Below, in pieces: positions 1 through 8,066 of a DNA stretch of 64,000 nt. The translations under genes were made by a program, and so were the position numbers. Position 1 is the stretch's first letter. Each line of letters begins with the position of its first letter. This stretch comes from a virus (Duplodnaviria > Caudoviricetes), in the IMG/VR virus record IMGVR_UViG_3300033073_001153, positions 128,001 to 192,000 of that record. One strand, given 5' to 3'. A model generated the notes under the pieces. The model did no database searches. It was given only the letters and a program-made list of their open reading frames with translations, and had not been told where the DNA came from.

Positions 1-501
1 AAAATTCTTTCCTTTATTATTCATAACAGGACTAGATTCTAAAACTGAAAAATGTTTTGGATAATACTCAGTTATCAAACCACGCACAAGTCCCAATACC
101 CAATCAATCTGCCATAATCCACCAATTTCCATGATTTCATTTTTTGGTTTGTATTTCACAAAACAAGAAATTTGTTCATATGGAGACTCTCCACTAATAA
201 ACAAATCCCAATTATATCCTTGTTCTAATGTTCTATATAATTCGTATTCTTGATTATTAATAGTAACATTTTCTATGAATTTTTCACTTTCTTTTGCTTT
301 TAAAGACCATTCATGATTAACTATTTTGTTATTTAAAAAATGAAAATAATCAGATTGATGAAGCATAGGAGATTCAAATAAAACACAATCCTCTTTAATT
401 ATGTGTTTGTCTCTTTCTATTTCTTCGTCAATTTGTTTTAAGGAATAATTAAAATATTCCTCAAAAGACATTTCTCTAAACTTATCCCTGTAAATATCCA
501 T
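1..501 (-). CDS. Hypothetical protein, partial (runs off window start)
   Basis: Open frame from ATG at 501 (overlapping upstream TAA) to position 1; MDIYRDKFREMSFEEYF...SSPVMNNKGKNF; not in ORF track because truncated. Confidence 0.7.
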   Translation of the reverse strand, partial: MDIYRDKFREMSFEEYFNYSLKQIDEEIERDKHIIKEDCVLFESPMLHQSDYFHFLNNKIVNHEWSLKAKESEKFIENVTINNQEYELYRTLEQGYNWDLFISGESPYEQISCFVKYKPKNEIMEIGGLWQIDWVLGLVRGLITEYYPKHFSVLESSPVMNNKGKNF

Positions 502-1127
502 TATTTGACAACTAGTTGTGGATCGTAACCAAATTCAAAAATACTATTAGCATCTGTAAAAACATCACGTGCAAATACAGTTTTCTTTAAAATTTTATAT
601 TCTCCTCTTAAACTAGCTTCTCCGTGTTCAACTGCATATCCTCTCACAGTAGTAACCCAATCACCACGATTGATGTCTATTTTTTGTTCTTCAATTTGTG
701 GTGAATTTTTTATTTTTTCTAATTCATTATGAATATAATCGAAATATTTAGAAACATTATAAAATCCTGCTTTAGCCATGCTTTTTTTAATTTTAGGACT
801 TTTATCTGCTCTACGAAGAATTTCGCTTTTTTCGTATTCTAATCGGTCTATTATATCTTCTCTTGATTCTATTTTTGGAACTGCACGGTAAATTACAACT
901 TTAGCATTAGGACGATTACGATAACTGTGCATTATTGAAATTGCTTGTCCATCTAATGGAGATGCATCGCCGTAATATTGAGCCGCTTTTGATGAGTAAA
1001 TATCATCTGGATAAATTTCAGTTAAATTCCAAAGTGGAGCAGAACCTTCACCTTTTGTTGGAGCTTGATGCTCTCCTCTGTAATCAGTGGATTCTAAAAT
1101 ATTCTTAACTATTTCATCAAAACGCAT
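501..1127 (-). CDS. Late protein with ADP-ribosyltransferase-like domain and capsid-targeting-like N-terminus
   Basis: VVIYRAVP...GDWVTTVRGYAVEHG...SIFEFGY; N-term MRFDEIVKNILES; TAAATA at 1133-1138. Confidence 0.5.
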   Translation of the reverse strand: MRFDEIVKNILESTDYRGEHQAPTKGEGSAPLWNLTEIYPDDIYSSKAAQYYGDASPLDGQAISIMHSYRNRPNAKVVIYRAVPKIESREDIIDRLEYEKSEILRRADKSPKIKKSMAKAGFYNVSKYFDYIHNELEKIKNSPQIEEQKIDINRGDWVTTVRGYAVEHGEASLRGEYKILKKTVFARDVFTDANSIFEFGYDPQLVVK

Positions 1128-1135
1128 AGAATTAT

Positions 1136-1660
1136 TTAGAATAACTCTGCATCTTTTAAAAATACGGCATCTTTATCTTTATCAGACAAAATTGGTAATC
1201 CTTCAATCTTCCAATCTATATTCAATTCTGTATCACTGAAATTTATACTACGATCATGTTCTTTGTGCCAGTATTCAGTAGTTTTATACAGTACTTCTGC
1301 TTCTTCTGATAACACAGAAAATCCGTGAGCAAATCCTTCGGGAATATACAATTGTTTAAAATTATCACTAGACAATTCCACTGCTATGTGTTTTCCAAAT
1401 GTAGAGGAACCTTTACGAATATCCACTGCTACATCTAAAATCCTTCCTTTAATTGCTCTCACAAGTTTTCCTTGTGGCTTAACTACTTGATAATGTAATC
1501 CACGAATCGTGTTCTTATAAGAAAATGATTGATTGTCTTGTACGAAATTAAATGGCAAATGCTTATTATTAAATGATTCTAAAAAGTATCCACGAGAGTC
1601 ACGAAAGACTTTCGGAGTAATAAGAAGAACATCTGGGATTTCTGTAGGTTCAATTTGCAT
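1136..1660 (-). CDS. rmlC: dTDP-4-dehydrorhamnose 3,5-epimerase
   Basis: DSRGYFLESF, VQDNQSFS, RGLHYQ, QGKLVR, YIPEGFAHGF motifs. Confidence 0.95.
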   Translation of the reverse strand: MQIEPTEIPDVLLITPKVFRDSRGYFLESFNNKHLPFNFVQDNQSFSYKNTIRGLHYQVVKPQGKLVRAIKGRILDVAVDIRKGSSTFGKHIAVELSSDNFKQLYIPEGFAHGFSVLSEEAEVLYKTTEYWHKEHDRSINFSDTELNIDWKIEGLPILSDKDKDAVFLKDAELF

Positions 1661-1662
1661 AA

Positions 1663-2934
1663 TTAAGCTAGAAGATCCTTCACAACTACTCCATCTTTAA
1701 CAATAGCTGACGGTCTTCCACCTGCTGCCATAAGTTTTGTTTCTGGATCAATTCCAAGCTGATTATACATCGTAGCAGCTAAATTTTCAACTGTCAATGG
1801 ATTTGATTCCACATCACTTCCAGTCGCATCAGATGATCCATAAACATAGCCACGTTTAAATCCACCCCCAGCAAATACAACAGAGAATACTCGGGGCCAA
1901 TGATCTCTACCCGCATCTTTATTAATTTTTGGAGTACGTCCGAATTCAGAAGATATCATAACTAATGTAGAATCTAACATACCACGTTGATCTAGATCAT
2001 TAATCAGTGTTGCATATGCCTGATCAAATGGTGGTAGTTGTTTACCAATTCCATTAGCAATTCCACTGTGCATATCCCATCCACCATAAGTTACCGAAAC
2101 AAATCGTACACCCGCTTCTACTAATCTTCTAGCCATTAGTAATCTCTGTCCGGCTTGATTCATTCCGTATGCCTCACGCATCACTTGAGATTCTTTATTT
2201 AAATCAAATGCTTCTTTAGCTTTTGGTGAAGAAATTAAATCAAATGCCTTCTGATAAAATGTATCCATTGCTGCTAAATTATCACTAGATTCTAAATAAC
2301 GGAAATGACTATCAACTGTATCTAATATACTTCTTCTTCTTTCAAAGCGTTCTTCTCCGATTTCTACATTTAAATCGCGAACCTTGAAACCATTATTTGC
2401 TGGATCATTTCCTAAACTAAAAGGTCCATACGCTTTTGATAAGTACCCACTATCTGCTGGATCATTACCATTATTACCAATCTTTTGTGGAATACAAACA
2501 TATGCTGGTAAGTTATTCCGGTCTCCTAATTGATTAGAAACTACAGATCCAAATGAAGGATATTCTAATGCAGGAGAAGGACGATATCCAGTAAACATAG
2601 AAGTCACTCCACGTTCGTGTGCAGCTTCTCCGTGTGTCATAGAATGTACTACAGTAAGCTTATCAGCAATTTTAGCTGTCTTTTGTAAGTATTCTGAAAA
2701 TTGTAATCCAGCAACAGAAGTAGAGATGGCTTTTAATGGTCCACGATACTCAGAAGGAGCCAGTGGATGTGGATCAAATGTCTCATGCGATGCAGCACCA
2801 CCCGGCAAGAAGATATGAATCACCGACTGTGCTTTAGGTGTTAATGAGGATTCTGCTTGTAATTTAAGAATATCACCCATGGATAATCCCAACCCACCTA
2901 CAAGCCCAGTGTAGAGAAAGTCTCTTCTGTTCAT
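1663..2934 (-). CDS. DUF1501 family protein with Tat signal
   Basis: MNRRDFL twin-arginine start; IFLPGGASHETFDP, ARRLVEAGVRFV, GGWDMH, SEFGRTPKIN, GRDHWP; start moved to 2934 because TAAATA lies at 2940-2945. Confidence 0.9.
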   Translation of the reverse strand: MNRRDFLYTGLVGGLGLSMGDILKLQAESSLTPKAQSVIHIFLPGGAASHETFDPHPLAPSEYRGPLKAISTSVAGLQFSEYLQKTAKIADKLTVVHSMTHGEAAHERGVTSMFTGYRPSPALEYPSFGSVVSNQLGDRNNLPAYVCIPQKIGNNGNDPADSGYLSKAYGPFSLGNDPANNGFKVRDLNVEIGEERFERRRSILDTVDSHFRYLESSDNLAAMDTFYQKAFDLISSPKAKEAFDLNKESQVMREAYGMNQAGQRLLMARRLVEAGVRFVSVTYGGWDMHSGIANGIGKQLPPFDQAYATLINDLDQRGMLDSTLVMISSEFGRTPKINKDAGRDHWPRVFSVVFAGGGFKRGYVYGSSDATGSDVESNPLTVENLAATMYNQLGIDPETKLMAAGGRPSAIVKDGVVVKDLLA

Positions 2935-2947
2935 ATTACTATTTAAC

Positions 2948-2980
2948 AAAAAAGCCACACAAATTTTACTCTGTGTGGCT
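2948..2980 (-). terminator. Intrinsic terminator
   Basis: AGCCACAC/GTGTGGCT stem followed by T6 on minus strand. Confidence 0.7.
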
Positions 2981-3060
2981 AATTTTCAGCAGGATTTCTA
3001 TGTTACTACATTCCAATCATAACAAGACCTATATACCAGTGGGGTCGTGGTTACTGAAAG

Positions 3061-3168
3061 TTATTTTCGCTTTTTGCGGGTTTTGGTAACTGTAACCGTC
3101 ACAGTCTTACGAATTTTTTTGTCACGTACTTTTCTTTCTGTAACACGCTGACGAGTAATTTTAGACAT
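3061..3168 (-). CDS. 35-aa highly basic peptide
   Basis: MSKITRQRVTERKVRDKKIRKTVTVTVTKTRKKRK*, TAAATA at 3175-3180; below ORF-track cutoff. Confidence 0.65.
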   Translation of the reverse strand: MSKITRQRVTERKVRDKKIRKTVTVTVTKTRKKRK

Positions 3169-3181
3169 ATGTTTTATTTAT

Positions 3182-3394
3182 TTAAATTCCGTATTTTATA
3201 CACTTCAAAAAGAACTTCTTCTCATTATTAATTTCAAAAATAATAAAACCGTCTTCTCTCGCAACATTTTCGATGCCGTAGTTTTTACGGACAATTGAAT
3301 GACTAAAATATACCAGAAAATCTAAAATACGCAATCCGTTATTTTTAAAAGAATTGTAAAGACGGGTTTCGTCAATTCTATGGATTGGAAACAT
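3182..3394 (-). CDS. Small hypothetical protein (C-terminal KxFLxxIKYG family)
   Basis: Probable start MFPIHR at 3394, matching the paralog start at 4237; ends EKKFFLKCIKYGI. Confidence 0.65.
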   Translation of the reverse strand: MFPIHRIDETRLYNSFKNNGLRILDFLVYFSHSIVRKNYGIENVAREDGFIIFEINNEKKFFLKCIKYGI

Positions 3395-3462
3395 TATTGG
3401 AGAATGTGTGTAAGTAGTTGAATATATTTGAATACAATTAAAAGCCAATTTAAATTTTTTGA

Positions 3463-4077
3463 TTACCACGTATTGGTTTCTGGATTAAAAGTTTTAGTTT
3501 GTTTTAACGTAAAAATTTCAATTTTTGGTATATCTTCATCTGTAACTTTATCTCCAAAAAATTCTTTTTTTGACATTAATCTTTTAGATATAATTATAAA
3601 TTCTCCAGATGTAATAGCTTCCTCGTAATGAAAATCTATAGGAAAATTATCATCTTTTAATTCTTTTATTTCATATTTTGATAACATATCATATGGGACT
3701 ATTTTAGTTCCTTTTGGAAATTCAAAAATAGTATCACCCCATGATGTTGCATTAAAAATGCTACCACTCACGGCCATTAATGATATTTTTATTATTTCGT
3801 TAATTTTATATAATTTATTTTTTTTGTTTTCAAATCCATGATATAATAATTCTTCCGATCCTATAAAATCAGAATTTATATATTTCATAAACTTTTTAAC
3901 ATCTTTTTTTTCATGAGTTGTTAAAGAATTGGTATAATACTTATAATCTGGAATTCCCATCAATTCTGCTGCATATCCCGCCATTCTAGTACTTGTTCCT
4001 CTACTAGCACCCCACGCAGCAGATCCTATTTTTCTTCTTTTTGAATATGCCTCCCAAATTAATTGCTCGTCATTCAT
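3463..4077 (-). CDS. Putative ADP-ribosyltransferase-fold internal head protein
   Basis: LLYHG...AVSGS...YEEAI pattern; N-term MNDEQLIWEAY; TAAATA at 4087-4092. Confidence 0.5.
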   Translation of the reverse strand: MNDEQLIWEAYSKRRKIGSAAWGASRGTSTRMAGYAAELMGIPDYKYYTNSLTTHEKKDVKKFMKYINSDFIGSEELLYHGFENKKNKLYKINEIIKISLMAVSGSIFNATSWGDTIFEFPKGTKIVPYDMLSKYEIKELKDDNFPIDFHYEEAITSGEFIIISKRLMSKKEFFGDKVTDEDIPKIEIFTLKQTKTFNPETNTW

Positions 4078-4117
4078 TATAAATATTATTTACACATATT
4101 CATAAACTTCAAGTACA

Positions 4118-4237
4118 TTAATACAAAGATTTGTAGTTTCCACGAACTAAAAAACACAGCAAATCTAGCATACGCAATCCGTTATTTTTAAAAGAATTGT
4201 ATAATGTCTTTTCGTGGATTCTGTGGATTGGGAACAT
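4118..4237 (-). pseudogene. Truncated paralog of 3182-3394 fused to a duplicated fragment of 4238-4714
   Basis: MFPIHRIHEKTLYNSFKNNGLRMLDLLCFLVRGNYKSLY*; near-identical DNA to 3328-3394 and 4396-4435. Confidence 0.6.
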
Positions 4238-4714
4238 TTAAAAGAGAAATAGATAAAGAAAAAATAACGTCACCACAAAGATCAACACATATTCAACAAC
4301 ATCTTTTAATGATTTTTCAGAATATGTAGGCGAATCCAGAAATCCAAGCTTATTAAGCTCCGATGTATATACACGTTCCGGTGGAGCATACCCATCTTCA
4401 TACACTTCAAGTACATCAATACAAAGATTTGTATCCTCGTCTATGTAATTTCTTTGGTTCTTATTCTTAGAACCAAGAGGAACCCTAGTAAGATTACCTT
4501 CACTATCCATAGACTCAAGCAAATCATCTGAGTCTTGAAATAACTGAATCAAATGACCATGTTTATTAATAACTTTAATCATATCCTCAGAATCTCTGTA
4601 CGCAAGACGAATCCTGTCACTAACTATATAAGTTCCTCTGACTTTTAAAATGGGTCTACCGAATTCAGAGAGAACTTCAAACGTATCTCCATCTTGGATA
4701 GGATATAAGATCAT
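4238..4714 (-). CDS. Hypothetical protein with C-terminal transmembrane helix
   Basis: ORF; hydrophobic C-terminus VLIFVVTLFFLYLFLF. Confidence 0.7.
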   Translation of the reverse strand: MILYPIQDGDTFEVLSEFGRPILKVRGTYIVSDRIRLAYRDSEDMIKVINKHGHLIQLFQDSDDLLESMDSEGNLTRVPLGSKNKNQRNYIDEDTNLCIDVLEVYEDGYAPPERVYTSELNKLGFLDSPTYSEKSLKDVVEYVLIFVVTLFFLYLFLF

Positions 4715-4810
4715 TATAGATTATTTGTAAGTAGTTGTTTAGATCAGGAATTGAACTAATTTTTAGATAATACCGTAGTTTTTACATCATGTAAAGATAA
4801 ATAATTATAT

Positions 4811-5896
4811 ATGATATTAACCGATTCCGAAACATATCACAAATTGAAGGCGCATGATTTTGTTGATTTAAAATGTGATACATGTTCTAAAATTTACAAA
4901 AAAAATAAAAAAGCGTGGTATTACACAGCATACAAGAGAAAGATAGGATTGGATTTCAATTCCAAAAGTTATTGTTCGGATGAGTGTAGAAATAAAAAAT
5001 ATGGAATAACTAGAAAACAATACAATTGTCTAGAATGTAACAAAGAGTTTGAAGCTTTTATTAAAGAAAATCCAAAATTCTGTTGTCATTCATGTGCTGC
5101 TATCTTTAATAATAAAAAAAGAGATGGAAACAAATTAGTAAATTGTCATACATGTAATATACAATTTACTGTCTGGAAATGCAGAGATCAAAAATATTTC
5201 AGATGTGATTCTTGTATTAAAAATAGAGTAAAATTAATTAAAGAAGAAAAAATCAAAAACCCCCAAAAATACAGAAAAAAAATAAAAGGTCTACGAATTA
5301 AAATAAACAAACAATGTAAATATTGTTTTAATAATTTTGAAACATTTAATAATAATTTTTTGTATTGTAGTGATATATGTAAAAAATCTAATCAAAAAAA
5401 TCAATATAATCACATTTGCAAAGGATGTAATATAGTCTATATATCCGAAAGAAGTGATTCGATGTATTGTACTGGAAGTTGCAGATCGACTAATTTAAAA
5501 TTATCCACATATGCACACAAAGCAGGAGGTAGATCTAGATCTAAAATTGAATTATTTTTAGAAGAAAAATTACCTAAAGATTTTCCAAATGTGAATTTCA
5601 TTTTTAATGATAAACAAACTATAGGATCAGAATTGGACATTTATATGCCTCAATTAAAAATAGCAATAGAATTAAATGGAATAATACATTATGAACCTAT
5701 TTACGGAGAATCGACTTTAATAAGAACACAAAATAATGATAAGAAAAAAATGATAAATTGCGCTAATTTAGGAATTGAATTGATAGTGATTAATATGGGA
5801 AGGAAAGGATTATCAAAATCACAACGAGAAGAAATATATCGAGAAATACATTCTATTATAGAACGAAATAAAAATAGAATTAATTGTAATATTTAA
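4811..5896 (+). CDS. Free-standing homing endonuclease-like protein (Zn-binding repeats + Vsr-like/PD-(D/E)XK domain)
   Basis: Repeated CxxC/YCSxxC units; ELDIYMPQLKIAIELNGIIHY; TAAATA at 4798-4803. Confidence 0.75.
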   Translation: MILTDSETYHKLKAHDFVDLKCDTCSKIYKKNKKAWYYTAYKRKIGLDFNSKSYCSDECRNKKYGITRKQYNCLECNKEFEAFIKENPKFCCHSCAAIFNNKKRDGNKLVNCHTCNIQFTVWKCRDQKYFRCDSCIKNRVKLIKEEKIKNPQKYRKKIKGLRIKINKQCKYCFNNFETFNNNFLYCSDICKKSNQKNQYNHICKGCNIVYISERSDSMYCTGSCRSTNLKLSTYAHKAGGRSRSKIELFLEEKLPKDFPNVNFIFNDKQTIGSELDIYMPQLKIAIELNGIIHYEPIYGESTLIRTQNNDKKKMINCANLGIELIVINMGRKGLSKSQREEIYREIHSIIERNKNRINCNI

Positions 5897-5900
5897 AACG

Positions 5901-5985
5901 TGGACCGTGGGTGAATTGAACACCCCGATGATATTAATCAAAGAGTTCTACAGACTCTTCCGCCTCCTTAACGGTTTACCGATCC
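5901..5985 (-). tRNA. trnY: tRNA-Tyr(GUA)
   Basis: AAGAGT-CTGTAGA-ACTCTT anticodon arm, long variable arm, GGGTG-TTCAATT-CACCC T arm; no encoded CCA. Confidence 0.85.
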
Positions 5986-6017
5986 ATATACGTAAGTAGT
6001 TGATAATCAAATAGATG

Positions 6018-6277
6018 CTCTCCCTCAAGGATTCGAACCTTGCTTTTTCGTCTTACTTTGAATCCACAAGTTTTATTTCTTGTGGAATGGACTTTGTCTT
6101 CATCCCAAAAGGATGTTCCGTGTAAAGTCTCTACACTTGCCCAGTCTTTCGACTTGCTAGCTCGGCGTTGGCATTTCAGCGTTCACCGACTTAGCGGAAT
6201 TTTTCAAATAGAATTACTTCTATAAGCTGCCATTTATAGAAAACAGGACGGCGCATTTCCAGCTATGCTAAAGGAGA
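6018..6277 (-). tRNA. trnN: tRNA-Asn(GUU) split by group I intron (exons 6243-6277 and 6018-6055)
   Basis: Joined exons give TCTCCTTTAGCATAGCTGGAAATGCGCCGTCCTGT|TAAGACGAAAAAGCAAGGTTCGAATCCTTGAGGGAGAG. Confidence 0.88.
6056..6242 (-). ncRNA. Group I intron (IC3-like, ORF-less, 187 nt)
   Basis: P1 CUGU/GCAG with U.G at the 5' splice site; R-like GUAGAGACUUU and S-like GAAGACAAAGUCC forming P7; terminal omega-G. Confidence 0.85.
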
Positions 6278-6322
6278 ATTTTTATCTATTCAAAGAACAA
6301 GTAAGTTTTAACTTACACAAAT

Positions 6323-6350
6323 AATTTACCACATCTCTCCAATTTGTCAA
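6323..6350 (-). promoter_or_regulatory. sigma70-type promoter for tRNA-Asn/Tyr
   Basis: TTGACA-16nt-TAAATT with extended -10 TG. Confidence 0.7.
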
Positions 6351-8054
6351 CTACTTCTTCACACAATTAGGTACTTTCTTCTTACCTTTTTTCTTCATGC
6401 CTACTTGTTTGAATCCTTTCCAGCAAGCTTCAAGGAAAAATTGTTTAAAGGATTCTAATTTAGGTTGGTTTCTTTGTCTGGATGTTTCCATAGCTTTTTT
6501 AATATCTGATTCCCAAAATTTTACAAGATTTCCTGTAAAATCAAAATAATTAATATCACCAACTCGATATGGCAATCCTTCTAATGAGATTAATTTATTA
6601 TATGCACATTTAAACGCGCCACCGACACGGTATGGTGCTTCTTTTAAGGTGGTTAATTTATTATTATCACAATCAAATGTACCACCAACATACTGTGGTG
6701 CTCCTTTTAGGGTGGTTAATTGATTATATGCACAATTAAATCCACCACCAACATACTGTGGTGCTCCTTCTAGGGTGGTTAATGTATTATTTATACAATT
6801 AAATCCACCACCAATACGATATGGTGCTCCTTCTAGTGTGGTTAATTGATTATCATGACAACTAAAACTAAAACCAACATATTGTGGCGCACCTTCCAAA
6901 GTAGTTAATTGATTATTATGACATTTAAAACTACCACGAACATATTGTGGTGCTCCTTTTAATGTAGTTAATTGCATATTGGAACAATCAAAATTACCTT
7001 CACATTTTATGTTTGTTAAATCTGGCAATTCCATAAAAAATACTCCAGATAAATCAACATCTCCATAAATTTTATTATTCTCTACTCTTTGCATTAAATC
7101 TGAAATTATTTCTTTTTGTATTGGCTCTATTTCAGATTTATAAATTTTATTAAATTTTTTAGAATCTATAGAATAAAATTTGTGATTCCATTTAATCATT
7201 CCTATATTCCCCCCATCATGAATAACTTCATAATTATTGTCTTCTATAAATTCCCTACAAGATTTTCTATATTTTTCACTAACACTTCTGTTTGCTGGCC
7301 CTTTAATTTCATTAATTTTAAAATTATTTTCGCCATAGAATTTTTGTAATCGAAATGTTACTACTGGATGATTATGTTTTTTTGGGTCTCTTAGAGAATA
7401 TATTATCAATTCTCCTTGTTTAAATTGTCTAAAGTATTCACTTTCTCCGCCTTCTACACTAGTTACTTTACTTTCTCCTTCTGCTTGTCCTACGCAGTGT
7501 CCCATATACATGCTCTCTTCTCTGAACGACTTATTAGATGTCAATTTCCAAACTGGATAGCCATCATATACTCCAACTACTTCATAATCTACTCCTTCTA
7601 CACTTTGTAATTTGGCTTTCTTAGCCTTCTCTGCTGATCTAGCCATTTCTTCGTCCCATTTTTGTACTTCTTCAAACATTTGTGGAACCATAATTTTATA
7701 CAAAGATTTCAAATAATTATCATCTTTGGTATTCAAAAAATCTATTAAATGACTTAAACGATCTTTATATTCAGAAGTAAAATTATTAAATTGAAATATA
7801 CCTTCTTTCTTTGCCCATTCTGGATCAGTTTCTTTTGCTGTATACTTTGAAATAAATGGTGTTTTTATATTATCATCAGCAGGTGATTGAAACCATTTAA
7901 TATAAGTTTTTAAAAACCAATTAACTATTTCGGGCTTCTGTACGTTCTTTTCTTTTAATAGTTTTTCTAATTCTAAATGTAAGGGATCTTTAGAAATTAA
8001 ATTAGCTTCATGTAAGCTAGTGTACTTTTCCCATATTAATATAGAATCATTCAT
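6351..8054 (-). CDS. Multidomain late protein: PcfJ-like domain + 22-aa LRR-like repeats + C-terminal CWKG..VPNC peptide
   Basis: EESMYMGHCVG...IIYSLRD; tandem FxCxxNQLTTLEGAPQYVGG; MNDSILIWEKY; TAAATA at 8061-8066. Confidence 0.7.
   Translation of the reverse strand: MNDSILIWEKYTSLHEANLISKDPLHLELEKLLKEKNVQKPEIVNWFLKTYIKWFQSPADDNIKTPFISKYTAKETDPEWAKKEGIFQFNNFTSEYKDRLSHLIDFLNTKDDNYLKSLYKIMVPQMFEEVQKWDEEMARSAEKAKKAKLQSVEGVDYEVVGVYDGYPVWKLTSNKSFREESMYMGHCVGQAEGESKVTSVEGGESEYFRQFKQGELIIYSLRDPKKHNHPVVTFRLQKFYGENNFKINEIKGPANRSVSEKYRKSCREFIEDNNYEVIHDGGNIGMIKWNHKFYSIDSKKFNKIYKSEIEPIQKEIISDLMQRVENNKIYGDVDLSGVFFMELPDLTNIKCEGNFDCSNMQLTTLKGAPQYVRGSFKCHNNQLTTLEGAPQYVGFSFSCHDNQLTTLEGAPYRIGGGFNCINNTLTTLEGAPQYVGGGFNCAYNQLTTLKGAPQYVGGTFDCDNNKLTTLKEAPYRVGGAFKCAYNKLISLEGLPYRVGDINYFDFTGNLVKFWESDIKKAMETSRQRNQPKLESFKQFFLEACWKGFKQVGMKKKGKKKVPNCVKK
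6560..7000 (-). repeat. 66-nt coding tandem repeat (LRR-like)
   Basis: About 7 copies of NQLTTLEGAPQYVGGxFxC. Confidence 0.85.
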
Positions 8055-8066
8055 GATTAGTATTTA

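Noticed and set aside
2935-2958. ORF-track GTG start extending DUF1501
   Set aside because: Overlaps the terminator and late promoter; MNRR start at 2934 preferred
4155-4168. Fifth ACAGCAA...ATCTAG element
   Set aside because: Plus strand, no 5' AGAU stem, and it lies inside the duplicated gene stub; likely chance
6040-6225. ORF-track 61-aa plus-strand ORF
   Set aside because: Antisense to the group I intron and tRNA; spurious
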